This document shows, piece by piece, positions 1 through 9,892 of a DNA stretch of 47,851 nucleotides. The notes under the pieces are model-generated. The model ran no database searches. It had not been told where the DNA came from and worked only from the letters and a program-made list of their open reading frames with translations. The DNA is from Candidatus Hydrogenedentota bacterium. Its GTDB lineage: Bacteria; Hydrogenedentota; Hydrogenedentia; Hydrogenedentales; GCA-2746185. Each line of letters starts with the position of its first letter. The first letter of the stretch is position 1. The stretch lies in NCBI GenBank assembly GCA_046583315.1, contig JAYGCN010000113.1, positions 1 to 47,851 of the forward strand, given 5' to 3'. Made by a program: the position numbers and the translations under genes.

Positions 1-1233
1 AGCGGTCGCAGCAAGGAACTGGAATCCCACCTGAAGACGACGATCAAGGAACGCGCCGCCAAACTCGAGTTTGAGAAGGCCGCGGAGTTGCGGGACCGAC
101 TGCGCGCCTTGCAGAGGACCATGGAGAAACAGCGAACCGTCGATGTGTCGGGTGCCGCGGATCGAGATGTATTCGGTCTTTACACAATCGACCGGTTCAC
201 GGAAATTCAGATCGTGTTTTATCGTGGCGGCAAGATGCTGGGCGGGCGTTCCTATTCCTTCAAGAAAACCGAGATGCCGATCATCGAATTGTTGAGTTCG
301 TTTTTGTTGCAATATTATTCGGAGGCTCCGATGATCCCGTCAGAAATTTTGGTACCGGACGCGATTGACGAAGCGGACGTGCTCGCGGAAATTCTGACCG
401 AGCAGCGCGGCACCAAGGTGAACCTGTTGCAACCGATCCGCGGCGAAAAAAAAGCTCTCGTAGATCTCGCGAATCGAAACGCGAAACGCAGCTTTGATGA
501 GAAACAATTGGAAGAACAGGCGCACGCGGACGTGTTGGATCAGGTCAAGGACACGCTGAAAATGACCGTCGTGCCGAATCGCATCGAGTGTTTTGATATC
601 TCCACCTTCCAGGGGGACAAAACAGTCGCCTCGATGGTGGTATTCGAAGGCGGGGTCGCAAACAAACAACGATACCGACGCTACAGCATGAAAACCGTGG
701 ACGGTCAGGATGACTACGCCTCGATGCGCGAGGTGCTGATGCGGCGCTTCAAGCGGGCCATTGAAGAGAATGACTTGCCGGATCTGATTCTGATTGACGG
801 CGGCAAAGGACAACTCGGTGTGGCGACTGCGGTGCTGAAGGATTTGGGTATAGAAGATATCCACGCAGCAGGTATCGCAAAATCACGCTCGCAGGAGTCG
901 GGCACAGCTTCTCCCGAGCGCTTCTTCATTCCCGGACGCTCCAACCCCATTGTGCCAGTGCAAAATTCGCCCGTGGTGCACCTGCTGGCCCGTATTCGTG
1001 ACGAGGCCCACCGATTCGCGATTACCTATCAGCGTAAAAAACGCAGCAAAGGCACGTTGCGCACCGGTTTGACAGAGATTCAGGGCGTGGGTCCCGCCTT
1101 GGCAAGGAAACTCTTGATTGCCTTCGGCTCACTTGCGAGAATGAAGGCTTGTACGCCTGAGGAGCTGGAGTCGGTGCGCGGAATTTCGACGCGTCTGGCT
1201 GCGGACATCCACAGGCACCTGAATCGTTCATAA
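1..1233 (+). CDS. uvrC: Excinuclease ABC subunit C (5'-truncated by window edge)
   Basis: Frame is open from base 1 (…KLEFEKAAELRDR, UVR domain). RNase H-like motifs RIECFDIS, DDYASM, LILIDGGKGQL and RDEAHRFA, plus C-terminal HhH motifs. Confidence 0.97.
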   Translation, partial: SGRSKELESHLKTTIKERAAKLEFEKAAELRDRLRALQRTMEKQRTVDVSGAADRDVFGLYTIDRFTEIQIVFYRGGKMLGGRSYSFKKTEMPIIELLSSFLLQYYSEAPMIPSEILVPDAIDEADVLAEILTEQRGTKVNLLQPIRGEKKALVDLANRNAKRSFDEKQLEEQAHADVLDQVKDTLKMTVVPNRIECFDISTFQGDKTVASMVVFEGGVANKQRYRRYSMKTVDGQDDYASMREVLMRRFKRAIEENDLPDLILIDGGKGQLGVATAVLKDLGIEDIHAAGIAKSRSQESGTASPERFFIPGRSNPIVPVQNSPVVHLLARIRDEAHRFAITYQRKKRSKGTLRTGLTEIQGVGPALARKLLIAFGSLARMKACTPEELESVRGISTRLAADIHRHLNRS

Positions 1234-1260
1234 TCCTTCAATGGGCTGGAGCACGGTACG

Positions 1261-2823
1261 ATGACCTACATTGGAATATTTTTGTTGGTGGTATTCGCCG
1301 CCAAACTAATCTACTGGTTCGTGGCGAAAATGCTCTGGGAGGAAGAACCCAGAGCGACCGAGGTGCATACCGTCCGCACGAGCGACGGGTGGCGCATCAA
1401 ACTGTATCGCAGCTTCGACAAGGAGAACGTGGGCGAGCCGATTTTCCTTTGCCCGGGCTACACGGCCAATCCTTTCTCGTATACCTATCCCAAAAACGCG
1501 TCGATGGTGGACACTCTGGTCGAACAAGGATTCGATTGCTGGGTGATTGACCTGCGGGGCAATCGTCGCTCGCAACCCCCTATCGGCACGTCACGGTATT
1601 CGGGACGGTTCAAAGATTATTACACCAAGGATATTCCAGCAGCCATCGATCACATATGCGATATTGCGGGATACGACAAGGTGCATTGGGTCGGGCATTC
1701 GATGGGCGGATTGCTGCTCTACGCCTATGCCGCCACGCAGGGCACGGATCGCATCGCAAGCGCAACGTCAATCGGCGCTCCTCCAGGTTTCGCGGACCTC
1801 AATATCACCATCTACCCAAAGGTAAACGCGTTCATAACGACATTCCCGTTTATTGCGGAACGCTACGCGCGCGGACTGGTTCCCTTGGGACAGTTGATTA
1901 CCCGCGAAGACAATCCGATCCCCATGAACGGCGCCAATATGTCGCGTGACGTGACGTTTTTTAATGTTGTCGAAATGCCTCCTGTCGAGGTAACGCGCTA
2001 CTTGTTTGACTGCGCCGAAAATCGTCGGTGGGTGCTCGAGGATAGCAACATCGATATGGAGGATTTCCTGCCAACAATTGAACTGCCGATGCATTCACTG
2101 GCGGCACCGCTCGACAATATTGGTCTACAGCGGGCCGTTCAGGAGTTTCACGATTCATTAGCATCCCGGGACAAACAGCTGACCATTCTTTCGCAAGCAC
2201 AGGGTACTGAATATGATTATGACCATATTGATATGATCTACGGCAAAAACGCGCCGATCGAAGTATTTGAGCCCATTGCTAGCTGGATACGAGCGCATGC
2301 CATGAAGAAGTCGGCCCGTCCCAAGAAACGGAAGATCACTCCGAAGGCAAAATCAGCCGCACCCGAGGCCACACCTGTGCTCGAACTTGCTCCTCCTGTA
2401 GCTGCCCCCGCTACCCTAAGCGGCGAATCTTCGCTGTGGGGCAGGGCACTGGAGGATGCTTCGAGTATTCTGAGCACCCTCGAAGGTAAAGAGGTCGTAT
2501 CCAAGCCCAAGAAGAGGGCGACATTGCGCAAAAAGGTCGCCGCGAAGAAAAAGACCATCGCCAAGAAACCTGCAGCGAAAAAGAAGACTGCCAAGAATAA
2601 AACTACTGCCAAGAAAAAGACGGCTGCCAAAAAGAAGACTGCAACCAAAAAGAAAACGACTACCGTGAAAAAGAAGGCACCGGTCAAGAAGAAGGCTGCT
2701 ACCAAGAAAAAGGCCGCCAAAAAGAAAGGAACTGCCAAGAAACCATCTACCAAGAAGCCCAGTCCAAAGAAAAAAACAAAAACAAAAACAAAAACGAAAG
2801 CGAAAAAGAAACCTACTAAATGA
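1261..2823 (+). CDS. Alpha/beta-fold hydrolase with N-terminal TM helix and C-terminal Lys/Ala/Thr-rich (histone H1-like) tail
   Basis: GHSMGG nucleophile elbow, DLRG motif and YDHIDM catalytic-His region. Hydrophobic first ~25 aa. The last ~105 aa are KKK(T/A)AAK-type repeats. Confidence 0.85.
   Translation: MTYIGIFLLVVFAAKLIYWFVAKMLWEEEPRATEVHTVRTSDGWRIKLYRSFDKENVGEPIFLCPGYTANPFSYTYPKNASMVDTLVEQGFDCWVIDLRGNRRSQPPIGTSRYSGRFKDYYTKDIPAAIDHICDIAGYDKVHWVGHSMGGLLLYAYAATQGTDRIASATSIGAPPGFADLNITIYPKVNAFITTFPFIAERYARGLVPLGQLITREDNPIPMNGANMSRDVTFFNVVEMPPVEVTRYLFDCAENRRWVLEDSNIDMEDFLPTIELPMHSLAAPLDNIGLQRAVQEFHDSLASRDKQLTILSQAQGTEYDYDHIDMIYGKNAPIEVFEPIASWIRAHAMKKSARPKKRKITPKAKSAAPEATPVLELAPPVAAPATLSGESSLWGRALEDASSILSTLEGKEVVSKPKKRATLRKKVAAKKKTIAKKPAAKKKTAKNKTTAKKKTAAKKKTATKKKTTTVKKKAPVKKKAATKKKAAKKKGTAKKPSTKKPSPKKKTKTKTKTKAKKKPTK
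2500..2820 (+). repeat. Low-complexity coding repeat (KKKTAAK-like units; aaaaca x3 + aaaacg at 2773-2796)
   Basis: Visible directly in the DNA and in the translation. Confidence 0.9.
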
Positions 2824-3347
2824 GTGTTGTATTCACGATATTGGCGGTTCTCGGCTGGATTCTGTTTGGACTGGTGATACTCCTAGCCTTGATGCTCGAT
2901 CTGGTCGGCTTGTTCGGCAACTGGCTGATTCTACTCGCTGTTGCGTGCGTATGGGCAATCAGCGGATTCGAGTATTTTGGTCCCTACACGCTTGGAATCC
3001 TGCTTGGACTCGCGCTGTTGGGCGAAGTATTGGAAACGGCAGCGGCAGGATTCGGCGCGGCTAAATTCGGCGGCGGCAAGGGTTCGATCGTGGCCTCCGT
3101 CGTGGGCGCCCTCGTGGGAGGCATCATTGGGACTGCCTTGATCCCGATTCCACTGGTGGGAACGGTAGTTGGTGCCTGCCTGGGAGCATTCGCGTCGGCG
3201 ACCCTGTATGAACTGCAACGACAGGAGCACAGCATTGACGGGGCCGTGCGCGTGGGCTTTGGCGCCGCTTTGGGGAAGGTCACGGGCCTCTTCGCCAAGA
3301 CCTTCATCGGATTCGTGATGCTTACTGTGGCCGCGTGGAATTTTTGA
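2820..3347 (+). CDS. DUF456-family membrane protein
   Basis: Gly-rich hydrophobic helices (GAAKFGGGK, GAxLGAF, A.RVGFGAALG). ATGA overlap with the upstream stop. Confidence 0.8.
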   Translation: MSVVFTILAVLGWILFGLVILLALMLDLVGLFGNWLILLAVACVWAISGFEYFGPYTLGILLGLALLGEVLETAAAGFGAAKFGGGKGSIVASVVGALVGGIIGTALIPIPLVGTVVGACLGAFASATLYELQRQEHSIDGAVRVGFGAALGKVTGLFAKTFIGFVMLTVAAWNF

Positions 3348-3373
3348 CTTTTCGCACCTAACTACGGTATACT
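3344..3373 (+). promoter_or_regulatory. Putative sigma70 promoter TTGACT-N18-TATACT
   Basis: Near-consensus hexamers about 70 nt upstream of the 3443 start. Confidence 0.55.
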
Positions 3374-3442
3374 TTGCATCGTTTCCAACTCTAAATCACC
3401 GGGCCATGTCCGATCCAAAATTGAATTCCACCAGGAGTCCTC

Positions 3443-5989
3443 ATGTCTTCACAATCCAACTCACCTACCGCTACGCAGGACTCCGCGTCACCCTCCCCCA
3501 TCTACATCCAGCCCGATATTCGTCGAAACCGAATTTCGGTGCGTGTTAATGTCGATGACTCCGCAACGGTGGAATTAAAGATCCCAGAGTTAAACCTCTC
3601 CCATGAAGGCCAACCCGGCAAAAATGTCATTGCGCTTGAAGAGTATAGTGCCTGGTCTCCGAGTGAGGTTACGCTCTACACCCTGGAATGCACCATCAGC
3701 GTCGCAGAACAAGCCTCGGAGACGATTTCGATCTCCTTTGGCATGCGCGAGTTTACCGTCAAGGAAAATCGCTTCTTCTTCAACAACCGTCCGTTGTACG
3801 TAAAGGGATTTGACTGCACGGGCTGGTCTTCTGAGGAACTATCGACTGATGCGCTGGATTCCTTATCCTCTTCCGGCTTCAATTTGATTCGGGTTTCCCC
3901 CGACGCCACAGGCGAAGTTTTGATTAACCATGCGGACACAATCGGCATGCTGGTCGAAGTAGAATTCGGCGCAGCATCGGATCTGGACGCGATTGCCACA
4001 CTGCGCAATCATCCCAGCATCGTGGCTTGGGATCTATTGAGCCTCGATGAGGTGGACCTTTCGAAAATACACGACGACGATCCTAGCCGCGTCATCTACC
4101 ACCGCGATCCGAAAACCAACCATGCCTGCGTTCTTCGTCCCTATCATGATGACGCGCAAGAGGTCGACTTTGTCGCACTGGAACACATCGGCATTACGAA
4201 TCGCACCACCTCGAACTACGTGAGCCGAATGGGCAACAACGATGTCCTGAGTTATGTTCGCTCCCTCACGATAGGGCATCTTGCACTTGACGGCGAATCA
4301 GCGACGGCTCTCGATGCGGAAGTGGCGAGCCGTGAATTGGAACGTATCTTCGCCAATGCTTCTGAACTCACGGCGAAGACGGCAGACTTGAAACGGATCG
4401 CCTTGGGTGAAATTATCGATTCCTTGCGCACCAACACCCGAGTTGCTGGCTATTGCCTTTCGTCTGGCGGCTCGGCAGACGTCTCCACGCTCGAAGGACT
4501 GGCACCACACCAGGGGCAGACACACGTGATGGTCCAATTGGCACAGAATAATCTGATTCCACGGCAAGAAACGCAGGTGAAAGTACATTTCTTGAATGAG
4601 GACAAGCTGGATGGACGCGCGGATTTATCCCTGCAAGTCGTCGGCCCCACCAATCAAGTGTTGTGGAAAAAGAAACGCGGTGTGCGCCTGCCGAAATCAG
4701 GAAAACTTATCTGGGAAGGTTCCATCGCGGCGTCCGGTTCGCCCGGACCTCACCGTTTCGTGGTTCGTGTCATGCAGAACATGCGCCGTATCGCCGAGTC
4801 CTCCGTTGACTTCTTCGTATACCCCAAGGTGGCACCGTGGGAACGGGCGATTAACCTGCTCGATCCGCGCAACCAATGGAAAGACGCGTGCGCAAACCTC
4901 GTCTCCCGTATCGAATTCACCGCGCCCATCCACATCATTCCCCCGATCAGCAATACGATTCGCGCGTATCCCGACAACGAGTTGGCGCAGATTCTGGGTC
5001 AGGTGCGAGCGGGATCGGTTGCATTGTTTTTCCAACCGCCCTCGGATTGGAACGAATTCGTCGAACTGATTGACCCTGTATTGCTCGCGACTCAACGCTC
5101 CTCCAATCAAGCCTGCCCCCCAACCTATCATTATGCGAAACTTCATCCGATATTCGAGGAACTGCCCTCGCGTTGTCTCATGGGTGCAACCTACAACGAA
5201 ATTACTCCTGCGACGACGTTTGTCGAAGAGAGTGACGAAGATATTTGCGGATCGGTGAGTCACCCGGACTTGGACGGAAACTCATTGTGGGGCAGCAACG
5301 TACTGGTTAAACGATACGGCAGCGGGCGCATCGTTTTTATCAGCCTTCCCATTATGGAGAACCTTGGCGAGAATCCGATAGCCGATCACCTTTTCATCAA
5401 TCTGCTGAAACATTTCGTGCGTCGCTCTGTACCGTCCGCCGAGGGCACTTTATCCGTCCACCAGAGCAGTGTGGAGTGGATTCGCCATCAACGCCAGGAT
5501 TTCACGCACTCGTGGGCCGTGATCGGGATGTTCCCCTACAGTCCGTGGGCATCGCAAGTGCCCGTGTACCCTCCTCAAGATGCCGTCGATCTGAATGCCA
5601 CCTACCCCGGCTGGTATGAAGCGATCACCTGGAAATCGGTTTACGCCACGGCGAAGCAGGACTATCGGATCGATCTCGACGCGGAGCTGGGTCCTCGATT
5701 TTCGGGTAGCGCAACGGAAGACTACGGGATTGCGTATGCCTATGCAGAAATCGTGGGCGACACGCGTGGCCAGATGCGTCTGGTGCCGAAGAGTACGGTT
5801 CCGATGGAAGTCTATCTGAATGGCTCGCTGGTGTACTCGCCTGAGAGCGACGAGGAAGATCCGACGGTATATGTGAAACTGGGAAAAAACACGTTATTGG
5901 TCAAACTGTATAAGCAACCGGGGCCGTGTACCTTCCAGCTCGATCTGGAACAATTGAAGGAGCCCATCAAGTACCGCTGGTGGCGATAG
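3443..5989 (+). CDS. Glycoside hydrolase family 2-like multidomain protein, probably catalytically degenerate
   Basis: AWSP..LY, FGMREF, FFFNNRPLYVKG, GFNLIR and RNHPSIVAW match the GH2 Ig plus TIM-barrel start. AGGAG RBS. The canonical NE acid/base motif is absent. Confidence 0.7.
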   Translation: MSSQSNSPTATQDSASPSPIYIQPDIRRNRISVRVNVDDSATVELKIPELNLSHEGQPGKNVIALEEYSAWSPSEVTLYTLECTISVAEQASETISISFGMREFTVKENRFFFNNRPLYVKGFDCTGWSSEELSTDALDSLSSSGFNLIRVSPDATGEVLINHADTIGMLVEVEFGAASDLDAIATLRNHPSIVAWDLLSLDEVDLSKIHDDDPSRVIYHRDPKTNHACVLRPYHDDAQEVDFVALEHIGITNRTTSNYVSRMGNNDVLSYVRSLTIGHLALDGESATALDAEVASRELERIFANASELTAKTADLKRIALGEIIDSLRTNTRVAGYCLSSGGSADVSTLEGLAPHQGQTHVMVQLAQNNLIPRQETQVKVHFLNEDKLDGRADLSLQVVGPTNQVLWKKKRGVRLPKSGKLIWEGSIAASGSPGPHRFVVRVMQNMRRIAESSVDFFVYPKVAPWERAINLLDPRNQWKDACANLVSRIEFTAPIHIIPPISNTIRAYPDNELAQILGQVRAGSVALFFQPPSDWNEFVELIDPVLLATQRSSNQACPPTYHYAKLHPIFEELPSRCLMGATYNEITPATTFVEESDEDICGSVSHPDLDGNSLWGSNVLVKRYGSGRIVFISLPIMENLGENPIADHLFINLLKHFVRRSVPSAEGTLSVHQSSVEWIRHQRQDFTHSWAVIGMFPYSPWASQVPVYPPQDAVDLNATYPGWYEAITWKSVYATAKQDYRIDLDAELGPRFSGSATEDYGIAYAYAEIVGDTRGQMRLVPKSTVPMEVYLNGSLVYSPESDEEDPTVYVKLGKNTLLVKLYKQPGPCTFQLDLEQLKEPIKYRWWR

Positions 5990-5997
5990 CAACAACA

Positions 5998-6027
5998 TTG
6001 CACTTTTTGGCCCTATTTTGCTAGAGT
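5998..6027 (+). promoter_or_regulatory. Putative sigma70 promoter TTGCAC-N18-TAGAGT with extended -10 TG
   Basis: Hexamers in the intergenic region upstream of the FmdB gene. Confidence 0.4.
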
Positions 6028-6124
6028 ATCCGGTTCTAACCCCTTGGGATTATTAGTCCTGAGGACTTGTTTAGACCGAGCTGGCTACTTCATTGGGTCG
6101 ACTCACGACAAGGAGTACTACACC

Positions 6125-6460
6125 GTGCCAACCTACACTTATCAATGCAAGAAATGTGGGGAGACAGAAGATCATTTTCACGGCATGAATGCCAAGCCGC
6201 GTGTCAAGTGTCAGGCCTGCGGGGGGGCATGCAAACGCCTGATTGGTTCGGGTGCGGGCATCATCTTCAAGGGAAGCGGCTTCTACGAGACGGATTACAA
6301 GACCAAATCCGGAAAACCGTCGGATGTTGGTTCGGAAAATGGCTCGAAATCATCTGATTCGAAGTCTTCCGACTCCAAGAAATCCAGTGAATCCAAGAGC
6401 TCAAGCGATACCTCTTCGAAGTCCAGCACGAAAAAAGAGACTTCCAAAACCACAAAATAG
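6125..6460 (+). CDS. FmdB-family zinc-ribbon protein with Ser/Lys-rich tail
   Basis: GTG start after AAGGAG. The sequence MPTYTYQCKKCG…CQACGG…IIFKGSGFYETDY is the FmdB signature. Confidence 0.9.
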   Translation: MPTYTYQCKKCGETEDHFHGMNAKPRVKCQACGGACKRLIGSGAGIIFKGSGFYETDYKTKSGKPSDVGSENGSKSSDSKSSDSKKSSESKSSSDTSSKSSTKKETSKTTK

Positions 6461-6536
6461 CACTTCGTAAATCCCAAAACTGCGCATATCCCAGGATTCT
6501 ATTATTCTCTTGGCAAACGATTCAGGACAGGACTCA

Positions 6537-7724
6537 ATGAATACTCAGGAAATCAACGACCTTTACGTGAACAACGTCATCAACACCTACGGCCCACGGA
6601 AGCGGGCGATGGTACGGGGTGACGGCATGCGCCTATGGGACGCTGAAGGCAACGAGTATCTTGATTTCTTCGCAGGAATCGCTGTGACCGCCGTGGGTCA
6701 TTGTCATCCCAAGGTCACGGAGGCGATCTGTGAACAGGCGAAGACGCTGGTGCATGTATCGAATCTTCATTTATACGAATCTCAGGCGAAACTCGCTGAA
6801 CTGCTCTGCAAGAATTCTTTTGCGGAGCAGTGGTTTTTTTGTAACAGCGGCGCCGAAGCAAATGAGGGAGCGATCAAACTCGCACGGCGGTATTGGGTGC
6901 AGAAGGGCACGCCAAAATCGACCATCGTAACCGCCAACGAATCGTTTCATGGCAGAACGATGACAACCCTCACCGCATCGGGTCAGAAAAAATTGCACGA
7001 CGGATTCGACCCGCTAATGCAGGGATTCAAATACGCAGATTTCAATGACCTCGCCGCTTTGGAAGCGCAACTTACTCCAGATGTCGGGGCCATTTTATTA
7101 GAGCCGGTTCAGGGCGAAGGCGGCATACGCATCTGCGACCCGGAATACCTGAAACAGGTACGCGCCTTATGCGATTCCAAAAATATCTTGATGATTCTCG
7201 ATGAGATCCAGACGGGCTGTGGGCGGACCGGCGCGTTATTTGCCTACGAACATGCCAACATTACACCGGACATCATGACGCTGGCCAAGGGCCTTGGCAA
7301 TGGCGTGCCCATCGGAGCACTCGGCTGCACGAACGAGATCGCTCAGGGATTTTCACCGGGATCACACGGCAGCACCTTTGGGGGAAATCCTCTATGCACG
7401 GCTGCGGCGCTCGCGACGATGAATGTAATCCTGGATGACGAACTGGTAGAAAATGACAAGACCTCCGGGGCCTATTTCATGGAGCAATTAGAGACCCTTA
7501 AATCGAAACATGCCACCGTTCAGGAAGTGCGTGGTTCGGGATTGATGATCGGTGTACAGTTGAACGACGGAGTTGCGCCGATTCTTGAAGCGATGGCCCA
7601 GAAGGGTGTTATCTGCGGTCCCGCGGGCGCAAAGGTGTTACGCTTCTTGCCTGCACTTATCGTCACCCACGAACAAATTGACCACGTTGTCGCTACCTTG
7701 GACGCGGTATTGGGAGAACTTTAG
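6537..7724 (+). CDS. argD: Acetylornithine aminotransferase
   Basis: Class III PLP motifs YLDFFAGIAV, NSGAEANE, SFHGRT, EPVQGEGG, DEIQTG and TLAKGLG. First gene of the arg cluster. Confidence 0.93.
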   Translation: MNTQEINDLYVNNVINTYGPRKRAMVRGDGMRLWDAEGNEYLDFFAGIAVTAVGHCHPKVTEAICEQAKTLVHVSNLHLYESQAKLAELLCKNSFAEQWFFCNSGAEANEGAIKLARRYWVQKGTPKSTIVTANESFHGRTMTTLTASGQKKLHDGFDPLMQGFKYADFNDLAALEAQLTPDVGAILLEPVQGEGGIRICDPEYLKQVRALCDSKNILMILDEIQTGCGRTGALFAYEHANITPDIMTLAKGLGNGVPIGALGCTNEIAQGFSPGSHGSTFGGNPLCTAAALATMNVILDDELVENDKTSGAYFMEQLETLKSKHATVQEVRGSGLMIGVQLNDGVAPILEAMAQKGVICGPAGAKVLRFLPALIVTHEQIDHVVATLDAVLGEL

Positions 7725-8630
7725 ATGCCTGCTGATTTTATTGCCTTGTCGGATTACTCAGCCGAAGAGCTGACTGCCCTGCTCGACCTCGCGCAGGATC
7801 TGAAACGTCGCCGTGCCAATGGTGAGCTACACCAGCCGTTGATCGGTAAATCGATCGCGATGCTCTTTGAAAAACCCAGCCTGCGCACACGGATGACTTT
7901 CGAAGCGGGCATCTTTCAGTTGGGCGGCCAGGCCATTTTCATGACCACGAAACTCGGTGAGCGGGAGACGGTGCCGGATATGGCGCGCAACCTGGAACGC
8001 TGGGTGGATTGCATCGTGGCGCGCACACACTCCCATGAAGCGGTGCTGGAACTGGCGGAGTATGCCGACATTCCCGTGATTAATGCGCTGACCGACGACC
8101 TGCATCCGTGTCAGGTGCTCGCCGACGCTCAGACAATTCTTGAACACAAGGGAACTCTCGACGGCCTCAAAGTGGCCTTCGTTGGAGATGGAAACAATAT
8201 GTTCGCGTCGTGGGCCAACCTTGCGACGCGATTTTCGTTTGACCTGACGCTGGTGTGTCCGGAAGGCTACGAACTAACCGGATCGGCACATGAATACGCA
8301 CAGTCGAAGGCATTGGGTACCTATGAAATCACGAACGATGCGGCCGCGGGTGTGGCCAATGCCGATGTGGTCTACACGGATGTGTGGGCGAGCATGGGCA
8401 TGGAAGAGGAATACGAAAAACGTCTGGAAAAGTTCATGCCGTATCAGGTGAATGAAGCATTGATGGCGAAAGCGAAGGACGATGCGATATTCATGCATTG
8501 CCTGCCTGCGCACCGAGGCGAAGAAGTTACGCACGAAGTTATAGAAAGCAGCCAGTCGGTCGTGTTCGATGAAGCGGAAAATCGCCTTCACGCACAAAAA
8601 GCCGTAATGGTTCATCTAATCAATTCATAA
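7725..8630 (+). CDS. argF: Ornithine carbamoyltransferase
   Basis: FEKPSLRTR, HPCQ, DVWASMG and FMHCLP motifs. Confidence 0.96.
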   Translation: MPADFIALSDYSAEELTALLDLAQDLKRRRANGELHQPLIGKSIAMLFEKPSLRTRMTFEAGIFQLGGQAIFMTTKLGERETVPDMARNLERWVDCIVARTHSHEAVLELAEYADIPVINALTDDLHPCQVLADAQTILEHKGTLDGLKVAFVGDGNNMFASWANLATRFSFDLTLVCPEGYELTGSAHEYAQSKALGTYEITNDAAAGVANADVVYTDVWASMGMEEEYEKRLEKFMPYQVNEALMAKAKDDAIFMHCLPAHRGEEVTHEVIESSQSVVFDEAENRLHAQKAVMVHLINS

Positions 8631-8651
8631 TCGGAGAAAGGGTCCGTTGCA

Positions 8652-9866
8652 ATGTCAAAGAAAGTAAATAAAGTGGTATTGGCCTATTCGGGTGGTCTGG
8701 ACACGTCCATCATTCTGAAGTGGCTACAGGAAACCTACAGCGCTGACGTCGTGGCGTACATCGCCGATGTCGGTCAAGGCGAAGAGACCGAGCCGGCCCG
8801 TCAGAAGGCCGTAGACTCCGGAGCCTGCGCGGTTTATGTGAAAGACCTCAAGGAAGAATTCGCGCGCGACTATGTGATGCCGGCGATGAAGGCGAACGCC
8901 ATCTACGAGGGCACGTACTTGCTAGGCACCTCCGTGGCGCGACCGCTAATCGCCAAAGCGCAGATTGAAATTCTTCGGGAAGAAAATGCCGATGCCGTAT
9001 CGCACGGCGCAACGGGCAAAGGGAACGATCAGGTTCGTTTTGAACTCGCATACTACGCCCTAGAGCCGAACGTGCAGGTTATCGCACCGTGGCGCGAATG
9101 GGATCTGAATAGCCGCACATCGCTGATCAATTACGCGGAGAAACACGGGCTGGAAATTCCACCGCCGAAGACGAGCAAGTATTCGATGGACCGGAATCTG
9201 CTTCATATTTCCTACGAAGGGGACATTCTGGAAGACCCCTGGGCCGAGGCCGAAGAAGACATGTACATGACCACGGTCAGTCCGCTGAATGCGCCGGATG
9301 AGCCGACCTACGTCGAGATCGATTTTGAAGAGGGCATGCCCGTCGCGGTGGATGGCGAACGAATGACACCGGCCGGAATATTGACGAAACTGAATGACCT
9401 CGGTGGCGCAAACGGCGTTGGTCGTATCGACATTGTGGAAAATCGTTTTGTGGGCATGAAATCCCGTGGCGTATACGAAACACCGGGCGGCACGATTCTC
9501 TATTGTGCGCATCGTGGCGTAGAATCGATCACAATGGATCGGGAAGTCATGTTGATGCGCGATCAACTCTCGCCGAAAATTGCGCAACTAATCTACAACG
9601 GCTTCTGGTTCGCTCCGGAGTTTGAAATGATGATGGCCACGGTCGATAAGACGCAGGAAAACGTAACGGGTACCGCGCGGGTACGACTCTACAAAGGCAA
9701 CTGCGATCTCGTGGGCCGCAAGGCTGAGAAATCGCTCTACGACGAAAAAATTACTTCCTTCGAAGATGACGAAGGTGCATACAATCAGGCAGACGCGGGC
9801 GGATTCATCAAGCTGAATTCGCTACGACTGCGGGTTCGGAAAAATGCGGGGCTCTTCCACTTGTAA
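8652..9866 (+). CDS. argG: Argininosuccinate synthase
   Basis: [24 protein letters not shown] and [11 protein letters not shown] motifs. Confidence 0.98.
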   Translation: MSKKVNKVVLAYSGGLDTSIILKWLQETYSADVVAYIADVGQGEETEPARQKAVDSGACAVYVKDLKEEFARDYVMPAMKANAIYEGTYLLGTSVARPLIAKAQIEILREENADAVSHGATGKGNDQVRFELAYYALEPNVQVIAPWREWDLNSRTSLINYAEKHGLEIPPPKTSKYSMDRNLLHISYEGDILEDPWAEAEEDMYMTTVSPLNAPDEPTYVEIDFEEGMPVAVDGERMTPAGILTKLNDLGGANGVGRIDIVENRFVGMKSRGVYETPGGTILYCAHRGVESITMDREVMLMRDQLSPKIAQLIYNGFWFAPEFEMMMATVDKTQENVTGTARVRLYKGNCDLVGRKAEKSLYDEKITSFEDDEGAYNQADAGGFIKLNSLRLRVRKNAGLFHL

Positions 9867-9892
9867 TCGACATACTTGCTAAGGGATGATTC

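Noticed and set aside
2238..2753. 171-aa hydrophobic minus-strand ORF (FFLAAFF repeats)
   Set aside because: Antisense shadow of the Lys/Ala-rich tail.
6461..6536. ArgR boxes upstream of argD
   Set aside because: No convincing ARG-box palindrome seen.
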